A DNA stretch of 64,000 nucleotides from a virus (taxonomy: Duplodnaviria; Heunggongvirae; Uroviricota; Caudoviricetes). Below, piece by piece: positions 19,180 to 28,750 of the stretch. The notes under the pieces were generated by a model. That model was not told the DNA's origin, did not search any database, and worked only from the letters and a program-made list of their open reading frames with translations. Position 1 is the first letter of the stretch. Each line of letters begins with the position of its first letter. The translations under genes and the position numbers were made by a program. Location: IMG/VR virus record IMGVR_UViG_3300010882_000010, one strand, 5' to 3'.

Positions 19180-19457
19180 GTAATGAATTATTAGCAACAA
19201 TAATTTTTGGATCTGTTAATGTTTTGATTTCTTTCTTTTTAGTTAGATATGGACAGTATTTAGTTAAGGGTGAAGTAGGATATCATGAAGTTCCAAAAAT
19301 TCTGTTTCCGGTAGCAGTTTTTACCGGTTTTATCCCAATTTTTGGGTGGATGCAATGTGTAATTTTCTTTTTCTTAGCAATAACAATTGCTTTTGACCAA
19401 CAATATCTTAAAGATACAGTTTTTACAAGAAAATGGTTTGCTAAAAAACCGGAATGA
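19170..19457 (+). CDS. Small membrane protein (paralog of 18841)
   Basis: EVPKILFP..TGFIPIFGW..YLKDT. Confidence 0.7.
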   Translation: MVMSNELLATIIFGSVNVLISFFLVRYGQYLVKGEVGYHEVPKILFPVAVFTGFIPIFGWMQCVIFFFLAITIAFDQQYLKDTVFTRKWFAKKPE

Positions 19458-19462
19458 AGATT

Positions 19463-19517
19463 GTTAGTAACTTTTTTAATTTCTTTGCTCATGGTAAAGA
19501 AATTTTTAGTATTTTCA
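19463..19517 (+). promoter_or_regulatory. Class I bipartite early promoter
   Basis: GTTAGTAAC at 19463, TATTTTCA at +47. Confidence 0.65.
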
Positions 19518-19541
19518 TTTTACAATTAAAGAGTTTAAATT

Positions 19542-20348
19542 ATGAATAAAACTTTGTTTGAAAATCTTACTGATTTCTATGGAATTGAAAATCAAAATGG
19601 AGAAATAATGGACTTTGAAAAAGGAACAACTACAGAAGAATTTTGCAGAAAATTTTCGGGTGCTTTATTGGGTAATCCACAAGCTTTGATTTCAATGATT
19701 TCTAACATGGGAACAAGAGACCTACCTCCTAAAGAAGTTGTTTATTGGAAACCGGATGGACCAAAAAATATCGAATTTAGACCAGCAATAATAGGTGAAA
19801 AGTTTTTGAGTTACAATAGAGAAGGAGATTTCATTCAAATCTACAGAGATGGAGAATTGATTTCGGAAGAGCTTTTTAGATTTGGTGGAGTTGGTGGTAG
19901 ATGGCAAGATGGTTTTATGATATTGATACACTACTTTGAATCTACGTATGAGGATAAGTATTCAGATGAAGCTAAATTACGCGCAAAGAAGAAAAAGCCT
20001 TACTTAATGAAGCCTTGTTTAGATCATCTTTGGTGTATAATAGATGAATCTGGAAAAATGATTTACGAAACAAAAGAGAAGTTTCATCATGATCTTTATC
20101 AAGTAGCTAGCTTCATTTTTGTAGAAAAAGAAAGGTACTTTGATGCTAGAACGGGTCATGTTTATACTGAGAATGGTAGAACTAAAATGGTAACAGACGA
20201 TTACGTTTTTATCGAAGTTTGGGGATCGGAAGGATATGGAAGAGAAAAGAAACCGAGTACAGATGGAGTTCATATGATAGCACGCAGAGATACTGAATTA
20301 TTGAAAGAGGGACAAGTTTTTTACTTTCCAAAATCAAGAAGAAATTAA
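19542..20348 (+). CDS. Hypothetical protein
   Basis: 268 aa ORF, first gene after the promoter. Confidence 0.7.
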   Translation: MNKTLFENLTDFYGIENQNGEIMDFEKGTTTEEFCRKFSGALLGNPQALISMISNMGTRDLPPKEVVYWKPDGPKNIEFRPAIIGEKFLSYNREGDFIQIYRDGELISEELFRFGGVGGRWQDGFMILIHYFESTYEDKYSDEAKLRAKKKKPYLMKPCLDHLWCIIDESGKMIYETKEKFHHDLYQVASFIFVEKERYFDARTGHVYTENGRTKMVTDDYVFIEVWGSEGYGREKKPSTDGVHMIARRDTELLKEGQVFYFPKSRRN

Positions 20349-20367
20349 CAATCAAAATCAAAATAGT

Positions 20368-20799
20368 ATGGAACAACAAGATGCAACAAACAATTTAGGT
20401 CCGATGTACACTGGAACACAAGCAGGCAGGATTTTCTTTTTTACCTTAGTAATTGCGCTAATCATAGGATGTATTGCAGGTTTTGCAATGCATGGTAATA
20501 TGGTTACTGATGAATCTAAGATCTCAAAAACAATTAGAATGAAGTGGCCATTGGTAGAAGAAATTCACTCTACTTCAGTTTTTGATACTACAATTCACAA
20601 AAGTTACAATTACAGATGGTTTTTTGAAGCGTGGGATGGAACTATAGCAGAAGTGTCAAAAGAAGATTTTCAAAGTAAGGGAACTAATGATAAGTGGAGA
20701 AGTGTATGGTACCGAAATAATTTGAAATTATCACCAGAATTACAAGAAGTTAAAGAATACTTTGATACTAAAAACGAACAAACTAAAATAACACAATAA
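20368..20799 (+). CDS. Membrane-anchored hypothetical protein
   Basis: Single TM near the N-terminus. Confidence 0.65.
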   Translation: MEQQDATNNLGPMYTGTQAGRIFFFTLVIALIIGCIAGFAMHGNMVTDESKISKTIRMKWPLVEEIHSTSVFDTTIHKSYNYRWFFEAWDGTIAEVSKEDFQSKGTNDKWRSVWYRNNLKLSPELQEVKEYFDTKNEQTKITQ

Positions 20800-20803
20800 T
20801 ACT

Positions 20804-21070
20804 ATGAACATACTACTATTTTTAATTGCAGTAGGCTTAATTTTCGGAGCGGGTTATCTTTGTGGAACAGAATACAAAATGGTAATTATCCATGATAGTT
20901 GGGAGTGGCCAAAGGATGATAGGTCTGAAAACATGTCACGACAAGATGCTGTAATGAAGTTGAAAAATGAACTTGCAAATTCAGGAGCACTTTACTTTAA
21001 GAAAAATGAGGATGGAACTTGGATGGTAATGATGAAAGTAAGAAGATTGACTAAAAATTTTGTGAAATAA
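20804..21070 (+). CDS. Hypothetical protein with signal/TM
   Basis: Hydrophobic N-terminus. Confidence 0.65.
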   Translation: MNILLFLIAVGLIFGAGYLCGTEYKMVIIHDSWEWPKDDRSENMSRQDAVMKLKNELANSGALYFKKNEDGTWMVMMKVRRLTKNFVK

Positions 21071-21297
21071 TGGGACTATTTAAAAAAGCAGATGAACCGG
21101 CACTTTTGGGATGTGTTTTACCATCTTTAATTGTTATTCTTACTATAGTTTTTGGATTTCTTAGAATTTTTAAAATCATAAAATGGGGATTTTGGTGGGT
21201 AGTTTCACCAATTTGGATTACTTTAGGATTTGGATTTATCCTCTTTATTTGGGTTTTCATCCGGTATTACAGAGATGTAGAAAAGAACAAGAAATGA
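21070..21297 (+). CDS. Small Trp-rich membrane protein
   Basis: IIKWGFWWVVSPIWI; family with 26768 and 26978. Confidence 0.7.
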   Translation: MGLFKKADEPALLGCVLPSLIVILTIVFGFLRIFKIIKWGFWWVVSPIWITLGFGFILFIWVFIRYYRDVEKNKK

Positions 21298-21554
21298 GTG
21301 TGACTTGGGAAATAGTAAAATGGCTTTTTAGATCAGCTTTTAAAGTTGGTTTAATTATTGTAATCATTTGGTTAGGATGGAAAGTTATCTCTAAAGCAAT
21401 AGATGGAATTAAAGTAGAAGAGGAATACAGACCATCAATGCAAGATACTTTAAGATACAAGCCAAAATCGAATTCATCAGTAGATGATGGAGGAATTTTT
21501 GTTGTACCTATGATAGGTGGAGACGGTAACAGTATTGATTTCATCTACTATTAA
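21294..21554 (+). CDS. Membrane-anchored hypothetical protein
   Basis: ATG 21294 (ATGA overlap) is the likely start. Confidence 0.6.
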   Translation: MSVTWEIVKWLFRSAFKVGLIIVIIWLGWKVISKAIDGIKVEEEYRPSMQDTLRYKPKSNSSVDDGGIFVVPMIGGDGNSIDFIYY

Positions 21555-21569
21555 AAAATTAAAAGAACT

Positions 21570-21863
21570 ATGGAAGACTACAGATTATTGGTATTATACC
21601 AAAATGATTTAAGACTTAATTCAAAAGTGATTTATCAAGAAACAGGAAAAGTTGGACTTAATGATTTCAAATGGGAAATTAATTTGTTAGATAATTCGCC
21701 AATAAGGAGATTTGAGATGATCTTGTTTGTTGAAAGAATAGGATGTGATCAAGTTAAAGTTTTGAAATCGAGATATGATGGTAAAAGAATGCAAGAGCAA
21801 CTTAATCTTTATTACAAAGGAGATTTTCAAACAATAAAATCATTACACACAAAATCATGTTAG
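21570..21863 (+). CDS. Hypothetical protein
   Basis: Intact ORF. Confidence 0.6.
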   Translation: MEDYRLLVLYQNDLRLNSKVIYQETGKVGLNDFKWEINLLDNSPIRRFEMILFVERIGCDQVKVLKSRYDGKRMQEQLNLYYKGDFQTIKSLHTKSC

Positions 21864-22288
21864 AAACTACAATTTGCAATTCATTACAAAACAAAGAAAA
21901 TCAAGTTGTTGTAGATAATATCTTGACTATTATTGGTTTTTGTAGACACAGAGATGAGTTAGGAGATAAACTCTATGAGTATGATAGAATGCACAATTTT
22001 TCTATGGAAAGTAATTGGGAATGCTACAAAAATGAGTATAAAGTACAAGCAGAAGGATTAGAATGGGTTTGGAATTACGGGTACTTTTATCTCTATGAAG
22101 TAATCAATTTTGAGTACATCCCGATTTTGAAGGTTTGTGAACAGTTAGGACTTCTTGTTTTTCATGGAAATTCAGAACCTGATAAAAATTACGCACCAGA
22201 TGGACAAGAGTGTAGAAAAGAAGGATATCGTAAAAGAAATTGTGGAAGCTACATGGATTGTTGTATGGGAGGACCGAATACTTTTTAA
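21857..22288 (+). CDS. Hypothetical protein
   Basis: Intact ORF, Cys-rich tail. Confidence 0.6.
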   Translation: MLETTICNSLQNKENQVVVDNILTIIGFCRHRDELGDKLYEYDRMHNFSMESNWECYKNEYKVQAEGLEWVWNYGYFYLYEVINFEYIPILKVCEQLGLLVFHGNSEPDKNYAPDGQECRKEGYRKRNCGSYMDCCMGGPNTF

Positions 22289-22338
22289 AACAATAATAAT
22301 GGAAGTAAAAGAAATTAAAGTAACAGAACAAGAAAAAC

Positions 22339-22557
22339 ATGTTTTTTGATAATATGGTAAAAAGGATGGTCTCTTTGTTTGTACTAGAATTAGAAGGAAC
22401 TAAAGATTTGAAATTATTTGAAGATTCTTGTTTAGAATTTTTTAGTCTTGGCTATGAAAGCGGAAAAAGACAACAAAAAGATGAAAATTTTAAGGAAAGA
22501 TTAAAATTTAAAAGTGATCAACCTGGTAGTCCTTATTATGGAACATCAGCATGTTAA
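22339..22557 (+). CDS. Hypothetical protein
   Basis: Intact ORF. Confidence 0.5.
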   Translation: MFFDNMVKRMVSLFVLELEGTKDLKLFEDSCLEFFSLGYESGKRQQKDENFKERLKFKSDQPGSPYYGTSAC

Positions 22558-22583
22558 ACAGTAATTATTAAAAATCTAGCATA

Positions 22584-23027
22584 ATGGAAAAAAGATTTAA
22601 AAACACACCTGAACAGATAACCGAACTACTTGATAATGAGATTTTTGTGTTCGGTAGTAACCTAGAAGGGGTTCATATGGGTGGTGCAGCAAAATTTGCA
22701 GTAGAAAAATGTGGTGCGATTTGGGGTCAATCTACTGGAATGATGGGAAATTCTTGGGGAATACCAACACTTTCATTTTCTGAAACAATAAAAGGTTTTG
22801 CTGATATGCTACCACTTGAAGATATCAAAAGAGAAATTTCAGTACTCTATGATTTTGCAGCATATGAAACAGATTTAGTCTTCTTTGTTACTAAAATTGG
22901 AACGGGTATAGCTGGATTTTCTATCGAAGAAATTGCACAACTTTTTTTTGATTTAGAAGACAAAAGACCAAAAAATATCATACTACCTATTGAGTTTGAA
23001 AGAAAACCATTAATTCACGAATCATGA
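22584..23027 (+). CDS. Macrodomain-like phage protein (A1S_2505-type)
   Basis: IFVFGSNLEGVHMGGAA...GIPT...FVTKIGTGIAG. Confidence 0.7.
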   Translation: MEKRFKNTPEQITELLDNEIFVFGSNLEGVHMGGAAKFAVEKCGAIWGQSTGMMGNSWGIPTLSFSETIKGFADMLPLEDIKREISVLYDFAAYETDLVFFVTKIGTGIAGFSIEEIAQLFFDLEDKRPKNIILPIEFERKPLIHES

Positions 23028-23812
23028 AACAATTAAAATTAGGTACAATAGTTTACTTTCCAGATCTTCGTAAAAATGAAATGAAAGTTGTAGAGTTTAA
23101 GATTACTGGAATTTTGATAAGGGATACTTTAGTGGATTCTACTAATTGGACGTACTTAACTCCAGATATTTTTCAATGGGAAAATTGGGATGATGAAAGA
23201 GATTATTGTCCAGAAGAACATGAAATTCGTTTGTGTTTTGGTGGAAAACTTAATCCAAAAAATTTAGTATGGAATAATAGTAAAGTTCTTTATCTTAGCA
23301 AAGAAACTTGTGAAACCATAATTAGAACTAGGAGAATTGAAGATATTGAGTACAAATTAAAAGAAATTGACAGGTACATCCAAGAGAATGAAAAACACAA
23401 AGATGATTATCTTGCTAAATTAAAGTACAATACTACACTTTACAAAGATGATAAGAATTTTGTCGGTTGTATTCATGAAGAGTATGGTGGAAAAATGGGT
23501 TACACTATTGTAGAAAAAGGAAAAGATACTTTAATTTTGGACTGTAATGATTGTAGACATGGCTTTACTTGCAGAATTGAAGTTAAGAAAAATGAGGATA
23601 AGTACAGGTTTTTAAAAATGATCGGGGATGCAAGTTACGATTTTCACCACAATGATCCACAATATTATTTTATTATTGGTAATCAAGAATTTCACAAAAT
23701 CGGTCATCAAATGTTAATAGATTATTATCAGGGTTACATTGATAGAAGTATTGAAAATAAAGCTAAATTAGAACAAGAATTAAAAGAACTTAAAGCAATT
23801 AAGAGAAAATGA
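23024..23812 (+). CDS. Hypothetical protein
   Basis: ATGA-coupled ORF. Confidence 0.7.
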   Translation: MKQLKLGTIVYFPDLRKNEMKVVEFKITGILIRDTLVDSTNWTYLTPDIFQWENWDDERDYCPEEHEIRLCFGGKLNPKNLVWNNSKVLYLSKETCETIIRTRRIEDIEYKLKEIDRYIQENEKHKDDYLAKLKYNTTLYKDDKNFVGCIHEEYGGKMGYTIVEKGKDTLILDCNDCRHGFTCRIEVKKNEDKYRFLKMIGDASYDFHHNDPQYYFIIGNQEFHKIGHQMLIDYYQGYIDRSIENKAKLEQELKELKAIKRK

Positions 23813-24363
23813 GACAGAATATCCGTGCTTATATTGAAACTGGAAGTATGATTAATTATCTTTATGGTAATAATGATACAAAACCAATAGCTTGGAAAGG
23901 TGCTACTATATTACATTATTCAGATAGGTCAGCAGCAGAAGTAATTTGGGTAAGTGAAGATGGAATGAAGTGTCAAATTCAAAAGTATAAAGTAAAACGA
24001 GTTGATAAAAGAGGATGTTGTGAAAATCAAGAATATCTGTATGATGAGTTAGAACCTCATGTTACTGAATTAGTTTGGAGACCGAGAACTCAAAAATGGG
24101 TTAAAATATGGAATGAGATTGACTTAAAGCCCACTTATAGAAAAGAGTTTGAAAGTAAAACAAAGAATTTAGCAGATAAAGAATGGCAGAAAGTTTGGGA
24201 AGAATATTATGGATCTGTAATGAAGGAAGTAATGATAGAAGGTTTTAATGATCTACAAAAGAAAATGGTATTAGTAGAAGGTAAAACTTACCTTAAAAAG
24301 TGTAGTGCACCTGTTAATATCATTTTTGGAATTAAAGATGAGTATTACGATTTTAGTTTTTAA
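23809..24363 (+). CDS. Hypothetical protein
   Basis: ATGA-coupled ORF. Confidence 0.7.
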   Translation: MRQNIRAYIETGSMINYLYGNNDTKPIAWKGATILHYSDRSAAEVIWVSEDGMKCQIQKYKVKRVDKRGCCENQEYLYDELEPHVTELVWRPRTQKWVKIWNEIDLKPTYRKEFESKTKNLADKEWQKVWEEYYGSVMKEVMIEGFNDLQKKMVLVEGKTYLKKCSAPVNIIFGIKDEYYDFSF

Positions 24364-24366
24364 AGT

Positions 24367-24786
24367 ATGAAAAAGAAAAAATGGCTAATTCAGAAAGTAA
24401 CTTTAATGGTAGGAGATGTAACAGTTTACTATTGTTATGGTTTAATTACGAACAATAAAATGGGGAAGATTTTAGATGGTGAAGGATTATTTCGTGCATA
24501 TGAGTATTTTGAATTTTGTACAGAACAACAATATCTTTATCGAATTCAAGATCTTAAACATGCGGGTTACACAGTAATGACAAGATGACCACATACTGGT
24601 TATATCGGATCTTCAAATGAAGATGAAAGTTCTTTGATTAGTGCTTTTGATTTTAATTGGGAAGATGTTAAAAAAGCCAAAGAAAAAAGAGAAAGAGAAA
24701 AACAAAATGAAAAAGACTATGCAATGTTTCAGAAAAGAGAAGCTGAATACAGATACATGGAAGTTGTAAGAAACAATAATTTTTAA
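24367..24786 (+). pseudogene. Hypothetical gene with in-frame TGA at 24586-24588
   Basis: 73 aa ORF; the same frame stays open 65 more codons to TAA 24786 and fills the gap to the next gene. Confidence 0.45.
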
Positions 24787-24800
24787 AAAAGAATACTAAA

Positions 24801-25100
24801 ATGGAAAAATTAAAAGCAAATGTAGGAGAAGTTGTTAGATTTTTTGTTAGAAAACAAGAAGGTACTGACTATGAATTATTTTTCATGGCAGGTACAATTA
24901 CATCAGTAGATGGAGAAGAATTTCAAATTGATATGGATAATATTCCAAACGTTACAGGTTCGGGAGAATTCCTTGAAACAATCCCTGTTTCAATAAAGAG
25001 GGAATTGTGTGCAAAAAATAATACTAAGTTAAGTAAAATTGGAACACAACTTACTAAAAAAGAGAATTTGCACTTAAAGAATAGTTTACCAACTTTTTAA
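24801..25100 (+). CDS. Hypothetical protein
   Basis: Intact ORF. Confidence 0.65.
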   Translation: MEKLKANVGEVVRFFVRKQEGTDYELFFMAGTITSVDGEEFQIDMDNIPNVTGSGEFLETIPVSIKRELCAKNNTKLSKIGTQLTKKENLHLKNSLPTF

Positions 25101-25110
25101 TTACAATATT

Positions 25111-25377
25111 ATGGACAAATTTAATTTCGTAATCTGGAAAATTTTAATCTTACCTAAAATAATTTTTGATGGTATTGTTTTAAAATTAACAACAATTCAA
25201 GCTGTAATGATTTTACTGTGTTGCATATTACTTGCTATAGCACTTGTTGCAATTTTATGCATGGGTAGTATGTTGGGACTTGGATATTGGTGCATATGGA
25301 CAGGTTGTTTGATTTTCATTTACTGGTTTTTTCGATATTTTAACTTTTTGAAAGAGAAGTTTAAGAACAAAGAATAG
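25111..25377 (+). CDS. Small membrane protein
   Basis: Hydrophobic core. Confidence 0.65.
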   Translation: MDKFNFVIWKILILPKIIFDGIVLKLTTIQAVMILLCCILLAIALVAILCMGSMLGLGYWCIWTGCLIFIYWFFRYFNFLKEKFKNKE

Positions 25378-25421
25378 TAAAGAAAACTAAAACTAATTAA
25401 GAAAACTGAATAATAATTAAG

Positions 25422-26081
25422 ATGAAATTATTAAAAGAGTTAAAACCAGGAGATTTGCTTTATGCTTGTACCAAAGACGGTAGAGTTTTTGAGTATGAAG
25501 TAAATCATGTTGCATATCCTGATTTATGCAAAACAGTTTATAGTAGTGGTAATATCAAGTTTGAAATTTTTCTAAGAAATATCGACTATAAATATCAGCT
25601 TGTTGGTGAATACAGAGAAACAGAACTTGCTTATGGTAGAACAATTTCTGTTAGAATGAATAAAGAACAAGAAATTTTAGAAGATGATATTTTTCATTTT
25701 TCTTGTAACAAATCTTTGCTTATTACTAAAATTTTGCATAGTTTTGAAACTCAATTAGTTACACTTTCTTCTCAAATTTCGAAGTTAAAGGATGATTTTA
25801 AGATGATTGAGAAATCTAAAATTAATGTAGCACATGACCATAAGAAAGAATTGAAAGATCAATTAAAGGATTCTAAATTTAGTTATGTTGCTTATTGTCC
25901 TGAATGTGGTAATTTTATTCCTTATACAGTTCAAGATTTTAAGGAACAAATGGAGAGAACAAGGATGATAGTTGATGACGGAAGAAGAGTTGTTTTAGAT
26001 GATTGGATGGTTTTTAATTGTTCTTATTGTTTAGAAGATTTTAACACTTATCCTTATACTGATAAAATTAACAAAGAATAA
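25422..26081 (+). CDS. Hypothetical protein with C-terminal zinc ribbon
   Basis: CPECG...CSYC. Confidence 0.7.
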   Translation: MKLLKELKPGDLLYACTKDGRVFEYEVNHVAYPDLCKTVYSSGNIKFEIFLRNIDYKYQLVGEYRETELAYGRTISVRMNKEQEILEDDIFHFSCNKSLLITKILHSFETQLVTLSSQISKLKDDFKMIEKSKINVAHDHKKELKDQLKDSKFSYVAYCPECGNFIPYTVQDFKEQMERTRMIVDDGRRVVLDDWMVFNCSYCLEDFNTYPYTDKINKE

Positions 26082-26082
26082 C

Positions 26083-26622
26083 ATGTGGAAAAATTGCCTT
26101 GTAATTTCTGAAGATTATCCGGTTACTTTCAAAGAAGTAAAGAATTCCAATGTTCATGTTTTAGAGTCGGGTAGTGCTTTTAAAGATAATGAGTTTGTAC
26201 TCGATGAGTTACACTTGAAAAAAATTTGCAGATTTTCAGAGGTATTTTACACTTTTAAAGATTTTGTTAATTACAGAGTAATTGCAAGTACTCATCAAGG
26301 AATTAGAAATAGCTATAATGGATTTTCTGATATGGGAATTAAACTCGCAGAAAGTACATCAATAAAGTTGGCAAATATCAGTCCAGCAGATATGATGGTT
26401 TGTCAAGCACTTTTAGTCGATAAGAAAGTAGTACCTATTAAAGTTTTTGCTAATGATTATGGTGAAACAGTTTTAACAGAAGAAGGTGATATTACAATTC
26501 AAGTAATTAAAGAAAACTATAGTAGACAAGAAGTTGTTGATTTACTTCTAAAATTACAGAATAAGTTTAGAAATGCTATTCATACTAAGGATATTGAACA
26601 ATTTATCGAAAATTGCGTATGA
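26083..26622 (+). CDS. Hypothetical protein
   Basis: Intact ORF. Confidence 0.7.
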   Translation: MWKNCLVISEDYPVTFKEVKNSNVHVLESGSAFKDNEFVLDELHLKKICRFSEVFYTFKDFVNYRVIASTHQGIRNSYNGFSDMGIKLAESTSIKLANISPADMMVCQALLVDKKVVPIKVFANDYGETVLTEEGDITIQVIKENYSRQEVVDLLLKLQNKFRNAIHTKDIEQFIENCV

Positions 26623-26661
26623 TAAAATTTCTACTATTTTAAAAATTTAAAACAGAATATC

Positions 26662-26766
26662 ATGAGTTTTTTAATTCCATTTTTGGTTTTTTTCGTTGGG
26701 TATTTGGTAGTTCATTATTGGATGAGACCAGTACTTAATAGAAGTTTAAAAAAAACGTTACAGTAA
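26662..26766 (+). CDS. Very small membrane peptide
   Basis: MSFLIPFLVFFVGYLVVHYWMRP..., fills a gap (not in ORF track). Confidence 0.45.
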   Translation: MSFLIPFLVFFVGYLVVHYWMRPVLNRSLKKTLQ

Positions 26767-26767
26767 A

Positions 26768-26968
26768 ATGAAGCGATTTAAGTTTGGTTGCTGGGGTCCA
26801 GTAACTTTGTTTTTCTTTGCACTTTTCTTCACTTTAAAGGTTGTTAATGTCTTAAATTGGAGTTGGTTTTGGGTTTGTGCCTCACTTTGGATAGTTCCAG
26901 CTAGTATTGGTTTAGGAATTTTAGGAATAATTTTGTTCGGATTAATAATAGCACTAATTGCAAAATAA
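26768..26968 (+). CDS. Small Trp-rich membrane protein
   Basis: LKVVNVLNWSWFWVCASLWI. Confidence 0.7.
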   Translation: MKRFKFGCWGPVTLFFFALFFTLKVVNVLNWSWFWVCASLWIVPASIGLGILGIILFGLIIALIAK

Positions 26969-26977
26969 TACAATAAT

Positions 26978-27202
26978 ATGGAAGATATTATCGAAAGAAT
27001 TTGGGACAAAATCTGTATTCTAATGGGAATCTTTTTTGGATTTATTGCTTTAGGTTTTGTAATTTTAAAAGTATTATCTGTAATTTCTTGGAGTTGGTGG
27101 TGGATTTTTGCACCACTTTGGATTCCTAGTAGTTTAATTTTACTTTTAATAATAGCAAGTGCAATAATGATTGTGATAAAGCCGGAAGTTTTTATCGACT
27201 AA
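26978..27202 (+). CDS. Small Trp-rich membrane protein
   Basis: LKVLSVISWSWWWIFAPLWI. Confidence 0.7.
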   Translation: MEDIIERIWDKICILMGIFFGFIALGFVILKVLSVISWSWWWIFAPLWIPSSLILLLIIASAIMIVIKPEVFID

Positions 27203-27218
27203 AATTACGTAAAATGAA

Positions 27219-27455
27219 ATGAAAAAGTTAATTGATGTACCTATTGGAAAACAGTACATCTGTAGTGATTGTAGAATTGTAGAACCTCTTGAAGTAATGA
27301 TTTCATCACGGATTTGTTTTTGTGAACAATGTTGTTTTGCACCAGGTTTTGAAGAGTGTTCTAATATGGCTTGTCAGTACAAAACAAGAGAAGATAAAAA
27401 GCAAGTTGTTTTTCAATTTAAGGGTTATTATCAAATGGAAAATGAAATTCCATAA
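27219..27455 (+). CDS. Small Cys-rich protein
   Basis: CEQCCF..ECSNMAC..REDKKQVVF. Confidence 0.65.
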   Translation: MKKLIDVPIGKQYICSDCRIVEPLEVMISSRICFCEQCCFAPGFEECSNMACQYKTREDKKQVVFQFKGYYQMENEIP

Positions 27456-27742
27456 TGAATGAAATTAACAGTATTTTTGAATTTGTGAAGTATTACACAC
27501 CTAATCTGAAAGAAAAAGTAATTCAGTATGGGATTAGTAATGAAGGTAGTATTGTAGATGGTAAGTTTGTTACAGAATTGGATCAATTACGGTTTATCAA
27601 AGTACACTTTGTAGAAACTTTAGAAAATTACAATAAACAAATTGTGAGACCAAAAGAACCTCCAAAGTTTTGGACAGATCCACCTAGAACAGACTCACAA
27701 CAAGTTTTAGAAGATTTGTTTAAAATTTTTAAGATGAAATGA
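27455..27742 (+). CDS. Hypothetical protein
   Basis: Coupled ORF. Confidence 0.65.
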   Translation: MNEINSIFEFVKYYTPNLKEKVIQYGISNEGSIVDGKFVTELDQLRFIKVHFVETLENYNKQIVRPKEPPKFWTDPPRTDSQQVLEDLFKIFKMK

Positions 27743-28122
27743 GTACAAAGGAAACTGTAAAAATGATAAATCATCTTCTTAAATCTGTAGATGCAATGTT
27801 AAATCAGTATGTAAGGGAAGATGGACAGATGCAATTACAAGAAGCTAATATCGGTCTTTGTACTATTTTAGACTTTCAAACTCCTAATATTAAAGTAGAG
27901 AAAAAGCATGAGTTTTTTATACAGATGATTAGAAGATTTCAAGACACTGATTATCCAGCATGCAAAGAAAGAATGACACAAAAATATTGGCAAAATGATA
28001 TCTGTTGTTCATATTGGTGGCACTATAATTGTGAACGTTACACAACAGAACCGGCAGAATGGTACAAACCAAGAATCGTGTTTCTTAAAAAATGGAAAGC
28101 AGAGTTAAATGGACAAAAATAG
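27739..28122 (+). CDS. Hypothetical protein (YWW..W.KPR family)
   Basis: Similar to the C-terminus of 13273. Confidence 0.7.
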   Translation: MSTKETVKMINHLLKSVDAMLNQYVREDGQMQLQEANIGLCTILDFQTPNIKVEKKHEFFIQMIRRFQDTDYPACKERMTQKYWQNDICCSYWWHYNCERYTTEPAEWYKPRIVFLKKWKAELNGQK

Positions 28123-28300
28123 TCAGATAATTGAAGTTTTAAGGAGATTAATAGAAACAAGACATTGTCAATCTTGTGATAAAGATTCAAATCAAGATTG
28201 TCCAGAATGTAGACATCATCAATTTAAAATTGATTATTACAAACCAGCACAGAAGTACTTAAATTATTTTGCAGAGGAAATTTTAGAGATTTTTCAATAA
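28109..28300 (+). CDS. Small Cys-containing protein
   Basis: CQSC..CPEC. Confidence 0.6.
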   Translation: MDKNSQIIEVLRRLIETRHCQSCDKDSNQDCPECRHHQFKIDYYKPAQKYLNYFAEEILEIFQ

Positions 28301-28605
28301 TTTTCTTCTCTTTCAGGTCGCACGGCAATTATTCTATCTGAAAATTCTTTAACTTTCTTTCGATATTCTTGAATTTCTTCTATTACAACTTTACGATTTT
28401 CAAGAGTTTGATCTTCAATAATTTGTAGAAATGCTTTAAATTTACTTTCAATATCAGATAATTCTTTAAGGATTTTCTTTTGAGAGTTGGTTTGGGTTAA
28501 AATTGTAGTAATTATCATTTTTTTCATCTGTTTAAAGAAAAGATAAAGACTGATAAAAATAGCAATTAACATGATAGTAATAGCTAAGAAATCTACGAAT
28601 AACAT
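28294..28605 (-). CDS. Membrane-anchored coiled-coil protein (only clear intact minus-strand gene)
   Basis: Occupies an otherwise empty interval; N-terminal TM then heptad-like region. Confidence 0.65.
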   Translation of the reverse strand: MLFVDFLAITIMLIAIFISLYLFFKQMKKMIITTILTQTNSQKKILKELSDIESKFKAFLQIIEDQTLENRKVVIEEIQEYRKKVKEFSDRIIAVRPEREENY

Positions 28606-28651
28606 AATTTGTAGTAAGTTTTTATTATTTATTCCAGATTTTCATGAAATT

Positions 28652-28706
28652 GTTAGTAACTTTTTTAATAATAAGACTTTTAATGAAAGAATTTTTAGTA
28701 TTTTTA
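28652..28706 (+). promoter_or_regulatory. Class I bipartite early promoter
   Basis: GTTAGTAAC at 28652, TATTTTTA at +47. Confidence 0.65.
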
Positions 28707-28750
28707 TAAAATTAATTAATTAAAAAACTTTTTAAATAAAAACTATTAAG

